Assembly: GCA_039189765.1 (NCBI GenBank)
Contig: JBCCYL010000003.1
Location: forward strand, 1 to 64,000
Direction of reading: 5' to 3'
DNA: 64,000 nt
Source of the DNA: Cyanobacteria bacterium P01_F01_bin.150
GTDB lineage: Bacteria; Cyanobacteriota; Cyanobacteriia; CAKZMO01
Below are positions 50,353 through 60,344 of the stretch, one piece after another. Both the position numbers and the translations under genes were made by a program. Each line of letters starts with the position of its first letter. Position 1 is the stretch's first letter. A model generated the notes under the pieces. That model was not told the DNA's origin and did no database searches. It worked only from the letters and a program-made list of their open reading frames with translations.

Positions 50353-51042
50353 CTAACGCAACCACTCTCTCAACATCAGTTCTGCTTCTACCTCATCCTG
50401 ACGGGCGATCGCCAAAAACTCATACAGCTTTTCTTTTGGTACGGATGGAAAGGTTGGACTCGCCTCCACTTCCTTATACTCGCCATTCTGCAACGCATAA
50501 ATACGCCACAACTCACCGTTATAGCGCCAAAATTCCGGTATCCCCATAGCTGCATAGAGCGTTAATTTATTGATATCGGTGTGGGTGATATCGACTTCCA
50601 CCACTAAATCGGGCGGTGGATCGCGGTCTAAATCTACGTCCCGACCTGCGACTAACGGCTGATTCTGAATGTAGTAGGCGTTATCTGGTTCAGCGGATCG
50701 ATCCAGCCTTTCTCTGTCCAGGGTAGTCGATCCCATTGTTTTTACCTTCATGCCCAACTCTAGGACTAAAATCCAAATGAATTTCTCAATCAAGCGGGTC
50801 GCAAACTCGTGGATTTCAAGGGGCATGGTAACTTCTAAGGTTCCGTTTAAGTAGGTGAAATGGATGTTACGATTGACGATGGATGGAGCAGGGCCTTGGG
50901 TTCCCTGTGCGTTGCCCGGACCACGACTCAAGATTTCTCGCAGTGCTTGATAACGCTGCCAATCGAGGTCACGGAACACTAACCGTTTTTCCCCAACAGG
51001 CTTGGGAACAGGCTGAGTAATGATGGGTACAACGCTAACCAT
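50353..51042 (-). CDS. Uma2 family endonuclease
   Basis: GTLEVTMP...HE, GSTT, EPDNAYY, PPDLVVEVD, GIPEFWRY. Confidence 0.92.
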   Translation of the reverse strand: MVSVVPIITQPVPKPVGEKRLVFRDLDWQRYQALREILSRGPGNAQGTQGPAPSIVNRNIHFTYLNGTLEVTMPLEIHEFATRLIEKFIWILVLELGMKVKTMGSTTLDRERLDRSAEPDNAYYIQNQPLVAGRDVDLDRDPPPDLVVEVDITHTDINKLTLYAAMGIPEFWRYNGELWRIYALQNGEYKEVEASPTFPSVPKEKLYEFLAIARQDEVEAELMLREWLR

Positions 51043-51374
51043 TGGTGTATGGAGATAAAGGACGTAATAATTTCTGATCTTAGTTTAGATCGCAGGGTAG
51101 TGCGATCGCCCCAAAGTAGTCGCGCAAAATTCGCTGTGTTCGATAGCGATCGCCTGGGAGCAGATGGGGAAAATAAATGAAATGTATAGGATTTGTCTGG
51201 ATTTAACAGTTTTGCTGGTGCCATAGAGAAGCCTAGGAACGCGCAAGGTTTATTTTTCCGAACATCAATTGGTGTTTGGCTGAGACGGTGGAATTTGTAC
51301 GATGTGTTTCAACCAGCAATGCGAGGAAACAGCTTCGCGTAAGATTTGCATAGCTCACAACAGATCCATCTATC

Positions 51375-53149
51375 ATGACGTTTCCCAACCTTACCCTTGC
51401 TACAGTCCAGCGTCACGCCAATGCTAAATCCTACAGTCGAGGAGAAGCCTACTATCGTTCTGGCGCGGTGGTGTCCGTTACTCAGCGGCAGCAAACAGTA
51501 GAGGCAGACGTCGAAGGAAATGAAGCCAGACCCTATCGTGTCGTGATTGATGTGGATGGAGGTGGAGTCCCCAGGCACGCTGCTCTTGCCCCTACGCTTT
51601 TGAAGGATGGTGTAAACACATCGTTGCAACGTTACTGACCTGCATCCAACAGCCAGAATTGATTGAACAGCGCCCCAGCTTAACCGATTTACTGCAATCC
51701 CTTACCTTGGCCCAGGCCCAAGAATTGTTACAACGCCTAGTGGCTGACCAGCCGGAGTTAATTGAATCGGTGGATCGATACGTGAATGTGTTGAGTCAAC
51801 CAGACTCGTCTGTCACCCAACCATCCCGGCCAAAACGTAAAACGAGCATTAATACGACCACCTTTAACCTACGGGCGCGCGAGATTTTATGGAATGCGGT
51901 TCACGAGTGGGAGGATGGGCGGGACGATGATGATATTGGCTACGATATGAATGCTCTGATTAAAGATGCGATCGCCTTTTCTGAAGAGGGGGATAGCGCT
52001 AATGCCATGGCCGTTCTCCAAGCCATTACGGAAGGAGCTTTGGAAAACTGGGACGTGGTGGATAACTATTGTGGGCTAACGCCCCATGATTGCGAGGTGG
52101 ATTTTGACGGAGCTTGGGCTAAGGTATTTCTTAGTACAGATTTGACCGAAGAGGAGGTTCTAGAGTGGCAGGAGACCCTGGAAGGGTGGCTAGAGTTAGA
52201 GGGTTTTTCGATGGCCTTCGAAGCGTTGCGCCAGGGTTGGACCTATCCGCCTCTTGTGAGAGTTTTAGAAGGAGATCCATCAACCCCAAGAGCTTGGGCA
52301 GGGGAACCGCCGGATTGGGCAGATGATTTGACCAAAATCCGGCTCAAGATTTTAGACGAACAGGAACGCTATGAAGAGTATCTAAATCTAGCTAAAGTGG
52401 AAGGGTTTACCCAAGAGCATTTGACTATGTTGGGTCAGTTGGGGCGGGTTGAGCAAGCGATGACAACGGCCCAAACCGAAATGACGACGATGGCTGAAGC
52501 CCAGGCTCTGGCGGAAACATTGCGAGAGCAAAATCAACTGGAGCAAGCCCTAGAAATTACCCGAAAGGGTTTAGAACTGGAACAGGATAGCCACTACAAA
52601 GCCTATAATTTTGCGGTTTGGACCAGTGATTTAGCTGAAGGTCTGGCCCAGAATAAAGATGCACTGGATGCACGGATCAGCGCCTTTAAATTTAAACCCT
52701 CCTTTCAGGACTATGAGAAAATTGAGCAGATGGCGGAGGCCGATTGGTCGGAGATCAGACATGCTCTGCTCCAGCATTTGCGTAAGAGTAAAGAGTGGGG
52801 TTTGGAGGAAGCGCAGGTCGATATTTTTTTGCATGAGGGATTGGTGGAGGATGCGATCGCCGCAGTCTCCAAGTTAAGCCAATATCAGAGTCGAATTATT
52901 CTACGGGTGATGGATGCGGCGATTGATGCGCACAGCCAGTGGGTGATTGATAAGGCTCGTCCCTTTGCAGAATCCATTATGGACAGTGGTAAGGCCAAAG
53001 CATACTACGATGCCGTAGAGTGGCTCAAGCGAGTCAAAGCAGCTCACCATGAGCTGGGACAAGATGCGGACTGGTCGAAATATTATCAATCCTTAGCCCA
53101 ACAACATGGTCGAAAATACAAGCTGATGAGTCTGCTGAAGCAACTTTAG
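51375..53149 (+). pseudogene. SWIM zinc-finger + helical repeat protein, 1-nt frameshift
   Basis: N-terminal RGEAYY..G.V...VEG..PY.V in one frame; CSCPYAFEGWCKH SWIM motif and remainder in another; shift at C4 run 51569-51572. Confidence 0.85.
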
Positions 53150-53181
53150 GTTACACTCCGTGTTTTGTAAAAGTCTCCCTC

Positions 53182-53757
53182 TTAAACGCGCAGCTCAAAT
53201 TCTGGCAAAACCTTTTCTCCCGACAAAACGGTGGGCATTGAAACCACCTCAACCGCTTGTCCCTGTCGATAAATCTCCACATGCTGGTCCTGGGGATTGA
53301 TCAACCACCCCAACCGCAATCCACTCGCCAGATATTCGGTCATCTTGGCCCGTAATTCTGACAACGACTGAGGTTTGACCACACCGTTTGCAGACACTGA
53401 TTGAGACCGCAACTCAATCACAAAATCTGGACAAATCGGCGGAAATCTGATCTGTTCTTCCCGTGTTAAGGCATCCCAGCGGTCTTGACGGACCCAGGCT
53501 ACATCTGCTGCCCGAGTCGAGCCAAAGGGCAATCTAAAGGCACCTTGAGAGCTAAACACTTTGCCCAATTTGGTTTGTCTATTCCAGATCATTACATCTG
53601 TAATCAAACCTGCTTCCTGATTACTACCTTCTCCTCCAACGGGTGACACCTCTAAAATTTCTCCTTGTGCGGTACGTTCCATCATTCGATCGGGTTTTTC
53701 GATGCAAAGCCGCTCAAACTCCTCCTGGGTCACATATCTAGTAGACGTTTGAACCAT
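53182..53757 (-). CDS. Uma2 family endonuclease
   Basis: ERTAQGE, WNRQTKLG, ADVAWV, PDFVIELRS, KMTEY...G.RLGWLI. Confidence 0.92.
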   Translation of the reverse strand: MVQTSTRYVTQEEFERLCIEKPDRMMERTAQGEILEVSPVGGEGSNQEAGLITDVMIWNRQTKLGKVFSSQGAFRLPFGSTRAADVAWVRQDRWDALTREEQIRFPPICPDFVIELRSQSVSANGVVKPQSLSELRAKMTEYLASGLRLGWLINPQDQHVEIYRQGQAVEVVSMPTVLSGEKVLPEFELRV

Positions 53758-53831
53758 CGTTCAGCCTTGGATTATGGTACGAATAGATCTACCCCAGTGT
53801 AGCTCCAACCCAGAGGAGTCAGGCTCTTAAA

Positions 53832-54557
53832 ATGAACATTTTTCAAGAACTCGATCGTCTTAAGACCCAATTAGACGCTCTGCGCCCCCTCGACCCAGGC
53901 TTGCTAGAGAATTTACGTGAGGTTTACACCGTTCGTCTGACCCACCACTCCACCGCCATTGAAGGCAATACCCTCACTGAATCAGAAACCCAAATTGTTT
54001 TGGATAAAGGCATCACCATCGGCGGTAAATCCCTACAAGAACATCTAGAGGTGATCAATCATGCAGAAGCCATTGACTTTGTGCGAGCATTAGCTAAAAC
54101 AAGTGAACCCATAAGTGAGTGGGATATCCGCCAAATTCATAGCCTGGTGTGTAAGGGTGATAAACGTTCAGGTGCCTACCGTGCCGTCAACGTAATGGCT
54201 GCGGGAACGAACTATCGCTATCCCGATGCAGTTAATATTCCCGATCTAATGGCTGAATTTGGACAGTGGTTGGCCCATCCTTCCCCCAATCATCCCGTTG
54301 AAACGGCCACCGAAATCCATGCCCGTTTAATCACTATCTACCCCTTCACTGATGGCAATGGTCGTGTGGCTCGATTGCTGATGAACTTACATCTGTTGAG
54401 AACAGGGTATCCGTTGGCAATTATTCAAGTGTCTGAAAGAGCAGCCTACATCGACGCTGTTGTTGCTTGGCAATTGGGGAACCCCACACCGCTAGTGCGT
54501 ATGGTGGCAAGTAGCGTCAAAGCATCCATCTTGGAAATTCTGAGCTTGGCGACATAA
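53832..54557 (+). CDS. Fic family protein (class II-like) with His->Tyr in the Fic motif
   Basis: STAIEGN inhibitory motif; YPFTDGNGRVAR versus canonical HPFxDGNGRxxR. Confidence 0.9.
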   Translation: MNIFQELDRLKTQLDALRPLDPGLLENLREVYTVRLTHHSTAIEGNTLTESETQIVLDKGITIGGKSLQEHLEVINHAEAIDFVRALAKTSEPISEWDIRQIHSLVCKGDKRSGAYRAVNVMAAGTNYRYPDAVNIPDLMAEFGQWLAHPSPNHPVETATEIHARLITIYPFTDGNGRVARLLMNLHLLRTGYPLAIIQVSERAAYIDAVVAWQLGNPTPLVRMVASSVKASILEILSLAT

Positions 54558-54600
54558 GCTTCCCTGGCCAAGGGTTAGAGTCCGTAGGGTGGATATCGCT

Positions 54601-54804
54601 TGGGTTGTTCATTTGGTCTGCTTCTGGCATCCATTGATTCATGAAATTTCGGTGAACAATACCGATTGCCAATTGCTCTGCATCGGGCGCGGTTTCCGCG
54701 CCCCTACAGGGTATTTCGCCACGGTAGGGGGCAGGTCTCCTGACCCAACGCAGAATTTACGCATGAACGCTTTTGATCGTAAAAGCCACAGAATGCACAT
54801 TCCA
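54601..54804 (+). repeat. 204-bp inverted repeat, right arm
   Basis: Matches reverse complement of 49985-50188. Confidence 0.92.
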
Positions 54805-54876
54805 GGCACTGCTCACTGCGCTGGATGAGCGAAGTCGAATCCAAAATCCCACAGAACCTGCTAGCGTGTGAGACTA

Positions 54877-56334
54877 TCAGCGGTGGAAGAGAACTTGGGG
54901 AAGTTTGAGCTGGAGTTCGGTGTCTGGATCAAGACCGGGAATGGTGATGGACTCAGTGGTCTCGTGGTTGACCGAATGGCGCTCGGATTGGGTGGCGATC
55001 GCCACATAAGCCACCACTTCCGGCAAACCTTGGCTGATAGGAAATAGCTTGAGCAAATCCACCAGCGCCACCTCCGACGACACCTCCAGCATTTGGGCAA
55101 TATGATGGCCTAACACATCCTCATCCACATAGAATTGCTCATACAGCTCAGTGAGTTCCTCTTGTAAGCTCAGATCGATGGCGTTGGTATCGGCAAAATC
55201 AAGAGAAAAGGTCGGAGTTTCCGATTCCTCCAATGGGTGCAACGGACGCTCCATAACCAACTGAGTCGTGGGTTCCACTTCAAGCTCACTAAAGGACGCA
55301 ATAGAAATGACCTCCTCCTTCACCTGCACGGCCAACCGCTGTACGTCTGTAATCAGTTCCGCTACCCGCCGATTTTCCCGCAGGCTCCGCTCGTCGAGCA
55401 TTTGCCGTAGCTTTGCGGTCAAGCGGTGGTTGGACTGGACGATATATTCCCCTGCATCCAGCAAACTGCGCTCAATCCGACGCAATAGCCGATATTCTTT
55501 GGTGAGGGGCTGGAGTTCATCGAGCTGATACACCGTTTGGATCATGGTTTTCAGCTCCTGACGTTTGGTGTCGGACATCAGAAAATTCCAAAAGGCATAG
55601 AAACTGCGCCCCTGGTCCGACTCCTTTAGTTCCTGATCCGCATCCAGCACCCGCCCAATCACTGCCCCTTTACGAGCATCCTTGTCAAACTGAGCCTCCT
55701 GGACCTTGCGGGTCAGATTACGAAAATTTTGTTCAATGTCCCGAAAGTCAGCAATCAACTGACGGGTCACTTGGTTCGCTAATAAAAATCGCTCTTGTAG
55801 TTGGGTTTGACTGTACCGTTCGACCTCCCCCGTGCGGCGAATTTCATCAATCTCGGCCTGGATGCGATCGCGATCCCGTTCCAACTGGGCAATGCGGGTT
55901 TCTACATCGGTGGTGCTGCGTTCCTGGAGTTCTTTCAACAACGCAAAAATCTGCAAAAAGCGCGATTCTGCCCCGACAAATTCCTCTTGCACGTAGAGTT
56001 CTTCCACCCAGGCGATCGCCTTTTCTGCGGCTGGCGTTAGGGTAAAAATCGGGTCGTCCCCACTGTCGAACATCTTTCGCAGGAGTTGGTTATCGCACCA
56101 TTCTGCTAAATATTCGCGGGGTGACCGGGGATATTCATCTTCTGGATAGACCTCTTGGATAAATTCAAGATAGTCACCGAGGGCTGTTTCCAAGTCTGTT
56201 TGGGCGATGGACACCTGATGGGTTACTTTATACTGCTGATGCAAAAAGCTCAAAATTAGCGCAGCATTAGGACTCCTCAACAGTCGTAACTCCGCTGAAG
56301 CTTTTAGTTCATACTTAATTTGCTCATATTTCAT
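54877..56334 (-). CDS. jetA: Wadjet JetA (DUF3375)
   Basis: RLLRS.NA.LI.SFL, EFVGAESRF, L..DFR.IEQNFR, SDQGRSF.AFW.FL, GLPEVVAY. Confidence 0.88.
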   Translation of the reverse strand: MKYEQIKYELKASAELRLLRSPNAALILSFLHQQYKVTHQVSIAQTDLETALGDYLEFIQEVYPEDEYPRSPREYLAEWCDNQLLRKMFDSGDDPIFTLTPAAEKAIAWVEELYVQEEFVGAESRFLQIFALLKELQERSTTDVETRIAQLERDRDRIQAEIDEIRRTGEVERYSQTQLQERFLLANQVTRQLIADFRDIEQNFRNLTRKVQEAQFDKDARKGAVIGRVLDADQELKESDQGRSFYAFWNFLMSDTKRQELKTMIQTVYQLDELQPLTKEYRLLRRIERSLLDAGEYIVQSNHRLTAKLRQMLDERSLRENRRVAELITDVQRLAVQVKEEVISIASFSELEVEPTTQLVMERPLHPLEESETPTFSLDFADTNAIDLSLQEELTELYEQFYVDEDVLGHHIAQMLEVSSEVALVDLLKLFPISQGLPEVVAYVAIATQSERHSVNHETTESITIPGLDPDTELQLKLPQVLFHR

Positions 56335-56486
56335 AGGCCCGATGCCCTAACCTCTTTGGTGTGATGCGTTGGTATTTACATTAACCTCGTCAGGCTCTCT
56401 GGTACAGTGTTGGAATTAATTCTGGACGACTAATAATTTCGTCCAGATAAGGAATGGCCCCAGCATTATCCCAGGAGATTGAGTTT

Positions 56487-58235
56487 ATGAAATCAAACGT
56501 CATCAAGCAAATTAAGCCATTTGTAGGGAGTGTACTGGCTCTAATCGTGGCCTCTGCCTTGGTTGGATGTGATTCTCAACCCAGTGCGGACCTATCATCA
56601 TCTCCTGACTCTACTCCTGCTGCGGCAGAAAATACAGATGAGCTTAAGTTGCTCTATTGGCAAGCGCCCACCATTCTCAATCCCCACCTCTCCACAGGGA
56701 CCAAAGATGTGGAAGCCAGCCGCATTACCCTAGAACCCCTTGCCAGCTATGATGCCAATGACAATATGGTGATGTTCCTAGCCGCCGAGGAACCGACCCT
56801 GGCCAATGGTGGCCTATCCGAAGACGGAACCCGCGTGACCTGGACACTAAAGTCCGATATTAAATGGTCCGATGGCACTCCATTTACCGCTGATGACGTG
56901 GTGTTTACCTATGAGTTTTTGACCAATCCAGACGTAGGGGCAGCCAGCGCTAAAGCCTATGAGGCGATCGCCTCCGTCACCGCCACTGACGACACAACGG
57001 TGGAAGTTATTTTTAAGGAACCCAATCCTACTTGGTATCTGGTATTTACAGGCACAGAAGGCATGGTGCTGCCCAAGCATATTTATCAGGACTACAATGG
57101 AGCCAACGTACGAGAAGCGCCGGCCAACCTGATGCCCGTGGGCACGGGTCCCTATCGCGTTACAGAATTTAAGCCAGGGGATGTGATTGTATTTGAAGCC
57201 AATCCCAATTTTCGAAATGCGGACAGCGTGGGCTTTAGTCGAGTGGAACTAAAAGGCGGCGGCGATGCCACCTCTGCGGCCCGTGCGGTGCTGCAAACTG
57301 GGGATGCGGATTTTGGCTATAACCTGCAAGTGGAAGCGAGTGTTCTAGAAACCCTGACTGGGACCGGACAAGTGGTGGCAACCCCTGGCTCGGATATGGA
57401 GCGAATATTGCTCAACCAAACCAATCCCAATCCAGACAGCGGTGAGCGGTCGGTGTTGGGCAATCCCCACCCATTTTTAACGGATCCTGTGGTGCGTCAG
57501 GCCATGAACCTCGCCCTCGATCGCGACACCATTGCCACTCAGCTCTATGGACCCACTGGGGAAGCGACCGCTAATGTCGTGGTGAATCCGAAGCAGTATG
57601 TGTCCACCAACACGTCTTATGAATATGCTCCAGAGAAGGCGATCGCCCTCCTGGAAGACGCTGGGTGGGTGGATAGTAACGGTGATGGCACCCGCGATAA
57701 GGATGGAGTGGAATTAGAGCTTGTCTTTCAAACCTCGGTCAATCCCTTGCGTCAAAAAACGCAAGAAGTGGTGAAGCAGTCCTTAGAAGACATTGGCATG
57801 GCGGTAGAACTTAAGAGTATCGACGCCAGTATCTACTTCTCTGGTGATCCCGCCAACCCTGATGCGTTGGAGCGGTTTAATGCCGATATCCAAATGTACA
57901 CCACGGGCAATACGGACCCAGACCCGATGGATTATCTGCAAACCTTTACCTGTGGGGATATCCCCCAATCTGACAATAATTGGGTGGGGTACAATTCGGC
58001 GCGATATTGTAATTCTGACTACGATGCGATGTGGCAGGAGCTTCAGGCAGAACTTGATCCCCAAAAACGGGTTGAACTGGCGATTGCCATGAACGATATG
58101 CTGGTGGAAGAGGCTGTGGTGATGCCGCTGGTCCACCGGGCGACTACGGTAGGGGTGAACGATCGCCTCCAGGGCCTTAACCCCACCCCCTGGGATCTCA
58201 ACACCTGGAATATTGCTGAGTGGAGCAAGGAATAG
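56487..58235 (+). CDS. Peptide ABC transporter substrate-binding lipoprotein (OppA/DppA family)
   Basis: Lipobox LVGC, WSDGTPFTADDV, GTGPY, VRQA...A.DR. Confidence 0.92.
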   Translation: MKSNVIKQIKPFVGSVLALIVASALVGCDSQPSADLSSSPDSTPAAAENTDELKLLYWQAPTILNPHLSTGTKDVEASRITLEPLASYDANDNMVMFLAAEEPTLANGGLSEDGTRVTWTLKSDIKWSDGTPFTADDVVFTYEFLTNPDVGAASAKAYEAIASVTATDDTTVEVIFKEPNPTWYLVFTGTEGMVLPKHIYQDYNGANVREAPANLMPVGTGPYRVTEFKPGDVIVFEANPNFRNADSVGFSRVELKGGGDATSAARAVLQTGDADFGYNLQVEASVLETLTGTGQVVATPGSDMERILLNQTNPNPDSGERSVLGNPHPFLTDPVVRQAMNLALDRDTIATQLYGPTGEATANVVVNPKQYVSTNTSYEYAPEKAIALLEDAGWVDSNGDGTRDKDGVELELVFQTSVNPLRQKTQEVVKQSLEDIGMAVELKSIDASIYFSGDPANPDALERFNADIQMYTTGNTDPDPMDYLQTFTCGDIPQSDNNWVGYNSARYCNSDYDAMWQELQAELDPQKRVELAIAMNDMLVEEAVVMPLVHRATTVGVNDRLQGLNPTPWDLNTWNIAEWSKE

Positions 58236-58249
58236 GATTTTCAATTACT

Positions 58250-59209
58250 ATGCCTGTTTATCTGCTGCGTCGTATCCTCTCCGCACTTCTTACTCTTCTG
58301 ATTATTAGTCTGATTATCTTTTTGATTTTGGCCCTGGCTCCCGGTGATCCCATGAGTGAGTTTGCCAACAATCCAGCGATATCAGAAGAGGTAAGGGAAA
58401 ATATCCGCCGCACCTTGGGGTTAGACCAGCCCATTCCGGTGCGCTATGTAAAGTGGCTCTGGGCACTTCTCCAGGGTGACCTAGGCTACTCGTTTACCAG
58501 CCGTAGTCCAGTGATCGGCCTAATTTTGCAGCGACTGCCCGTTACCCTATCGGTGGTGGGGACCGCCTATTTGATTAGCGTGCTGCTGGCGCTGCCCTTG
58601 GGGATTATTTCGGCCATCAAGCGCTATTCCCTATGGGACCAGGGGTTAACCACTGTGGCATTTTTTGGCATTTCCCTGCCGCCCTTTTTTACCGGGCTGC
58701 TGCTGATTATTATTTTTAGCGTGCAGCTTGACTGGCTACCGTTTATCTACGACAGCACCCTGACCGTGACCAACTGGAGCAGTTTTGTAGAACAGGTAAA
58801 GCAGTCAATTATGCCAATTGCAGTGCTGGTGGCGTTTCAAACGGCGGTGCTGATGCGCTATATGCGATCCTCCGTGGTAGAGGAACTGCCCCAGAACTAT
58901 GTGCGCACCGCCTATGCCAAGGGGCTAACGACCGCAGCGGTGATTGGTCGCCATGTCCTCCGCAATGCCCTAATTCCGGTGATTACCCTGGTTGCCCTGG
59001 ATATTCCTGCGGTGTTTACTGGGGCACTGATTACCGAACAGGTTTTTCGGGTACCGGGCATCGGCGCACTGCTGATTGATTCAATTTTGCGTAACGATAC
59101 CCCGGTGGTAATGGCGATTACGTTTATCTACGCTATTTTGGTGGTGCTTTTTAATCTGGTTGCCGATTTGCTTTACGCCTTTCTCGATCCCCGCGTCCAG
59201 TTATCGTAA
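58250..59209 (+). CDS. Peptide ABC transporter permease (OppB/DppB family)
   Basis: LAPGDP, GDLG.S, YVRTAYAKGL, HVLRNA, LDPR. Confidence 0.92.
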   Translation: MPVYLLRRILSALLTLLIISLIIFLILALAPGDPMSEFANNPAISEEVRENIRRTLGLDQPIPVRYVKWLWALLQGDLGYSFTSRSPVIGLILQRLPVTLSVVGTAYLISVLLALPLGIISAIKRYSLWDQGLTTVAFFGISLPPFFTGLLLIIIFSVQLDWLPFIYDSTLTVTNWSSFVEQVKQSIMPIAVLVAFQTAVLMRYMRSSVVEELPQNYVRTAYAKGLTTAAVIGRHVLRNALIPVITLVALDIPAVFTGALITEQVFRVPGIGALLIDSILRNDTPVVMAITFIYAILVVLFNLVADLLYAFLDPRVQLS

Positions 59210-59237
59210 GGGACTTGCAAAGAAATAAGATACCGGA

Positions 59238-59314
59238 CGTAGGATGGGCAAAACGAACGTGTGCCCATCAAATCGTCTAGTTGATGGGCACACGTTCGTT
59301 TTGCCCATCCTACG
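59238..59314. repeat. REPIN-like perfect GTAG REP doublet
   Basis: cgtaggatgggcaaaacgaacgtgtgcccatcaa ... ttgatgggcacacgttcgttttgcccatcctacg. Confidence 0.9.
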
Positions 59315-59343
59315 TAAAATTGGTATGTTAGTTTTTTTAAGCC

Positions 59344-60270
59344 ATGTCCTCTTCTCCAACACCATCAAATACATCGCCTCCACCTGACCCCTCTGCTAAG
59401 TCCCTCACGCCGACCCTGGAGGCGCTCCAGCATTTAATTGACGTGGTTGCTCAACTGCGATCGCCCGATGGTGGCTGCCCCTGGGACTTGGCCCAAACCC
59501 CCGAGAGTCTTACCCCCTATGTCATCGAAGAAGCCTACGAAGTTGTGGATGCCATTCGTCAGGGCAATCCAGAGGAAATTACAGATGAACTAGGGGATCT
59601 GCTGCTCCAGGTAGTGCTTCAGGCGCAAATTGCCCAAGAAATGAAGCAGTTTTCCATTAAGGAAGTGGCAGAGGCGATCGCCACCAAGCTTATCCGTCGC
59701 CATCCCCATGTATTTGGCGATATTGCTGTGGACGGAGTGGAGCAGGTCCATCAAAATTGGGAAACTATTAAAGCTGCCGAGGAGGCCGCCGCAAAACAGC
59801 AGGCGAAGGCCCCCGATACCGTAGATGCCAAGCTGCTGGAGAACAGCAATCCCTCTCCTGAACTCACGCCTAAATTACGGAAGTATGGGCGATCGCTGCC
59901 TCCGCTAATGGCCGCCAGCAAGATTTCTAAGAAAGCGGCTGGAGCAGGGTTTGAATGGAAAACTGTAGAAGGCGTGTGGGAGAAATTTCAGGAAGAGCTG
60001 GGGGAATTGCACCATGCCATCGCCCACGAATCAAAAGAGCGGCAGCAGTCGGAACTGGGGGATCTGCTGTTTACCGTGGTCAATATCGCCCGCTGGTATG
60101 GCTTAGACCCATCAGAGGCGCTTCAGGATACTAATTATCGGTTTGTTAATCGGTTTTCCCAAGTAGAAGCGACAGCACGTCAACAAACGGGGCGGACCCT
60201 GGCAGACTTTTCCATTGAAGAGCTGGAGGAGTTCTGGCAGGCAGCAAAAACGAAACTGGCGAATTCCTGA
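59344..60270 (+). CDS. mazG: Nucleoside triphosphate pyrophosphohydrolase
   Basis: GCPWD..QT, EEAYE, ELGDLL twice, RRHPHVF. Confidence 0.95.
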   Translation: MSSSPTPSNTSPPPDPSAKSLTPTLEALQHLIDVVAQLRSPDGGCPWDLAQTPESLTPYVIEEAYEVVDAIRQGNPEEITDELGDLLLQVVLQAQIAQEMKQFSIKEVAEAIATKLIRRHPHVFGDIAVDGVEQVHQNWETIKAAEEAAAKQQAKAPDTVDAKLLENSNPSPELTPKLRKYGRSLPPLMAASKISKKAAGAGFEWKTVEGVWEKFQEELGELHHAIAHESKERQQSELGDLLFTVVNIARWYGLDPSEALQDTNYRFVNRFSQVEATARQQTGRTLADFSIEELEEFWQAAKTKLANS

Positions 60271-60344
60271 GATATGGCTTTGGGCGAAGAATTGGGGCGA
60301 ATTGTTTACGATGGAAACGTTCTTGGCAATAGGAGGACTATCGG

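Larger units (their letters stand above)
49910..54879. mobile_element. Putative non-autonomous cargo insertion between jetA and jetB
   Basis: 9-bp direct repeat agactatca at 49910-49918 and 54871-54879; 204-bp inverted repeats near both ends; no transposase inside. Confidence 0.5.

Noticed and set aside
49916..54828. Two homologous 79-aa ORFs (49916-50155 minus, 54589-54828 plus)
   Set aside because: They are translations of the inverted-repeat arms; starts and ends differ and the substitutions track hairpin structure
32419..56334. Prophage or integrative element explaining the accessory region
   Set aside because: No integrase, phage structural genes, tRNA att site or transposase recognised; most of the region carries host-like HIP1 sites
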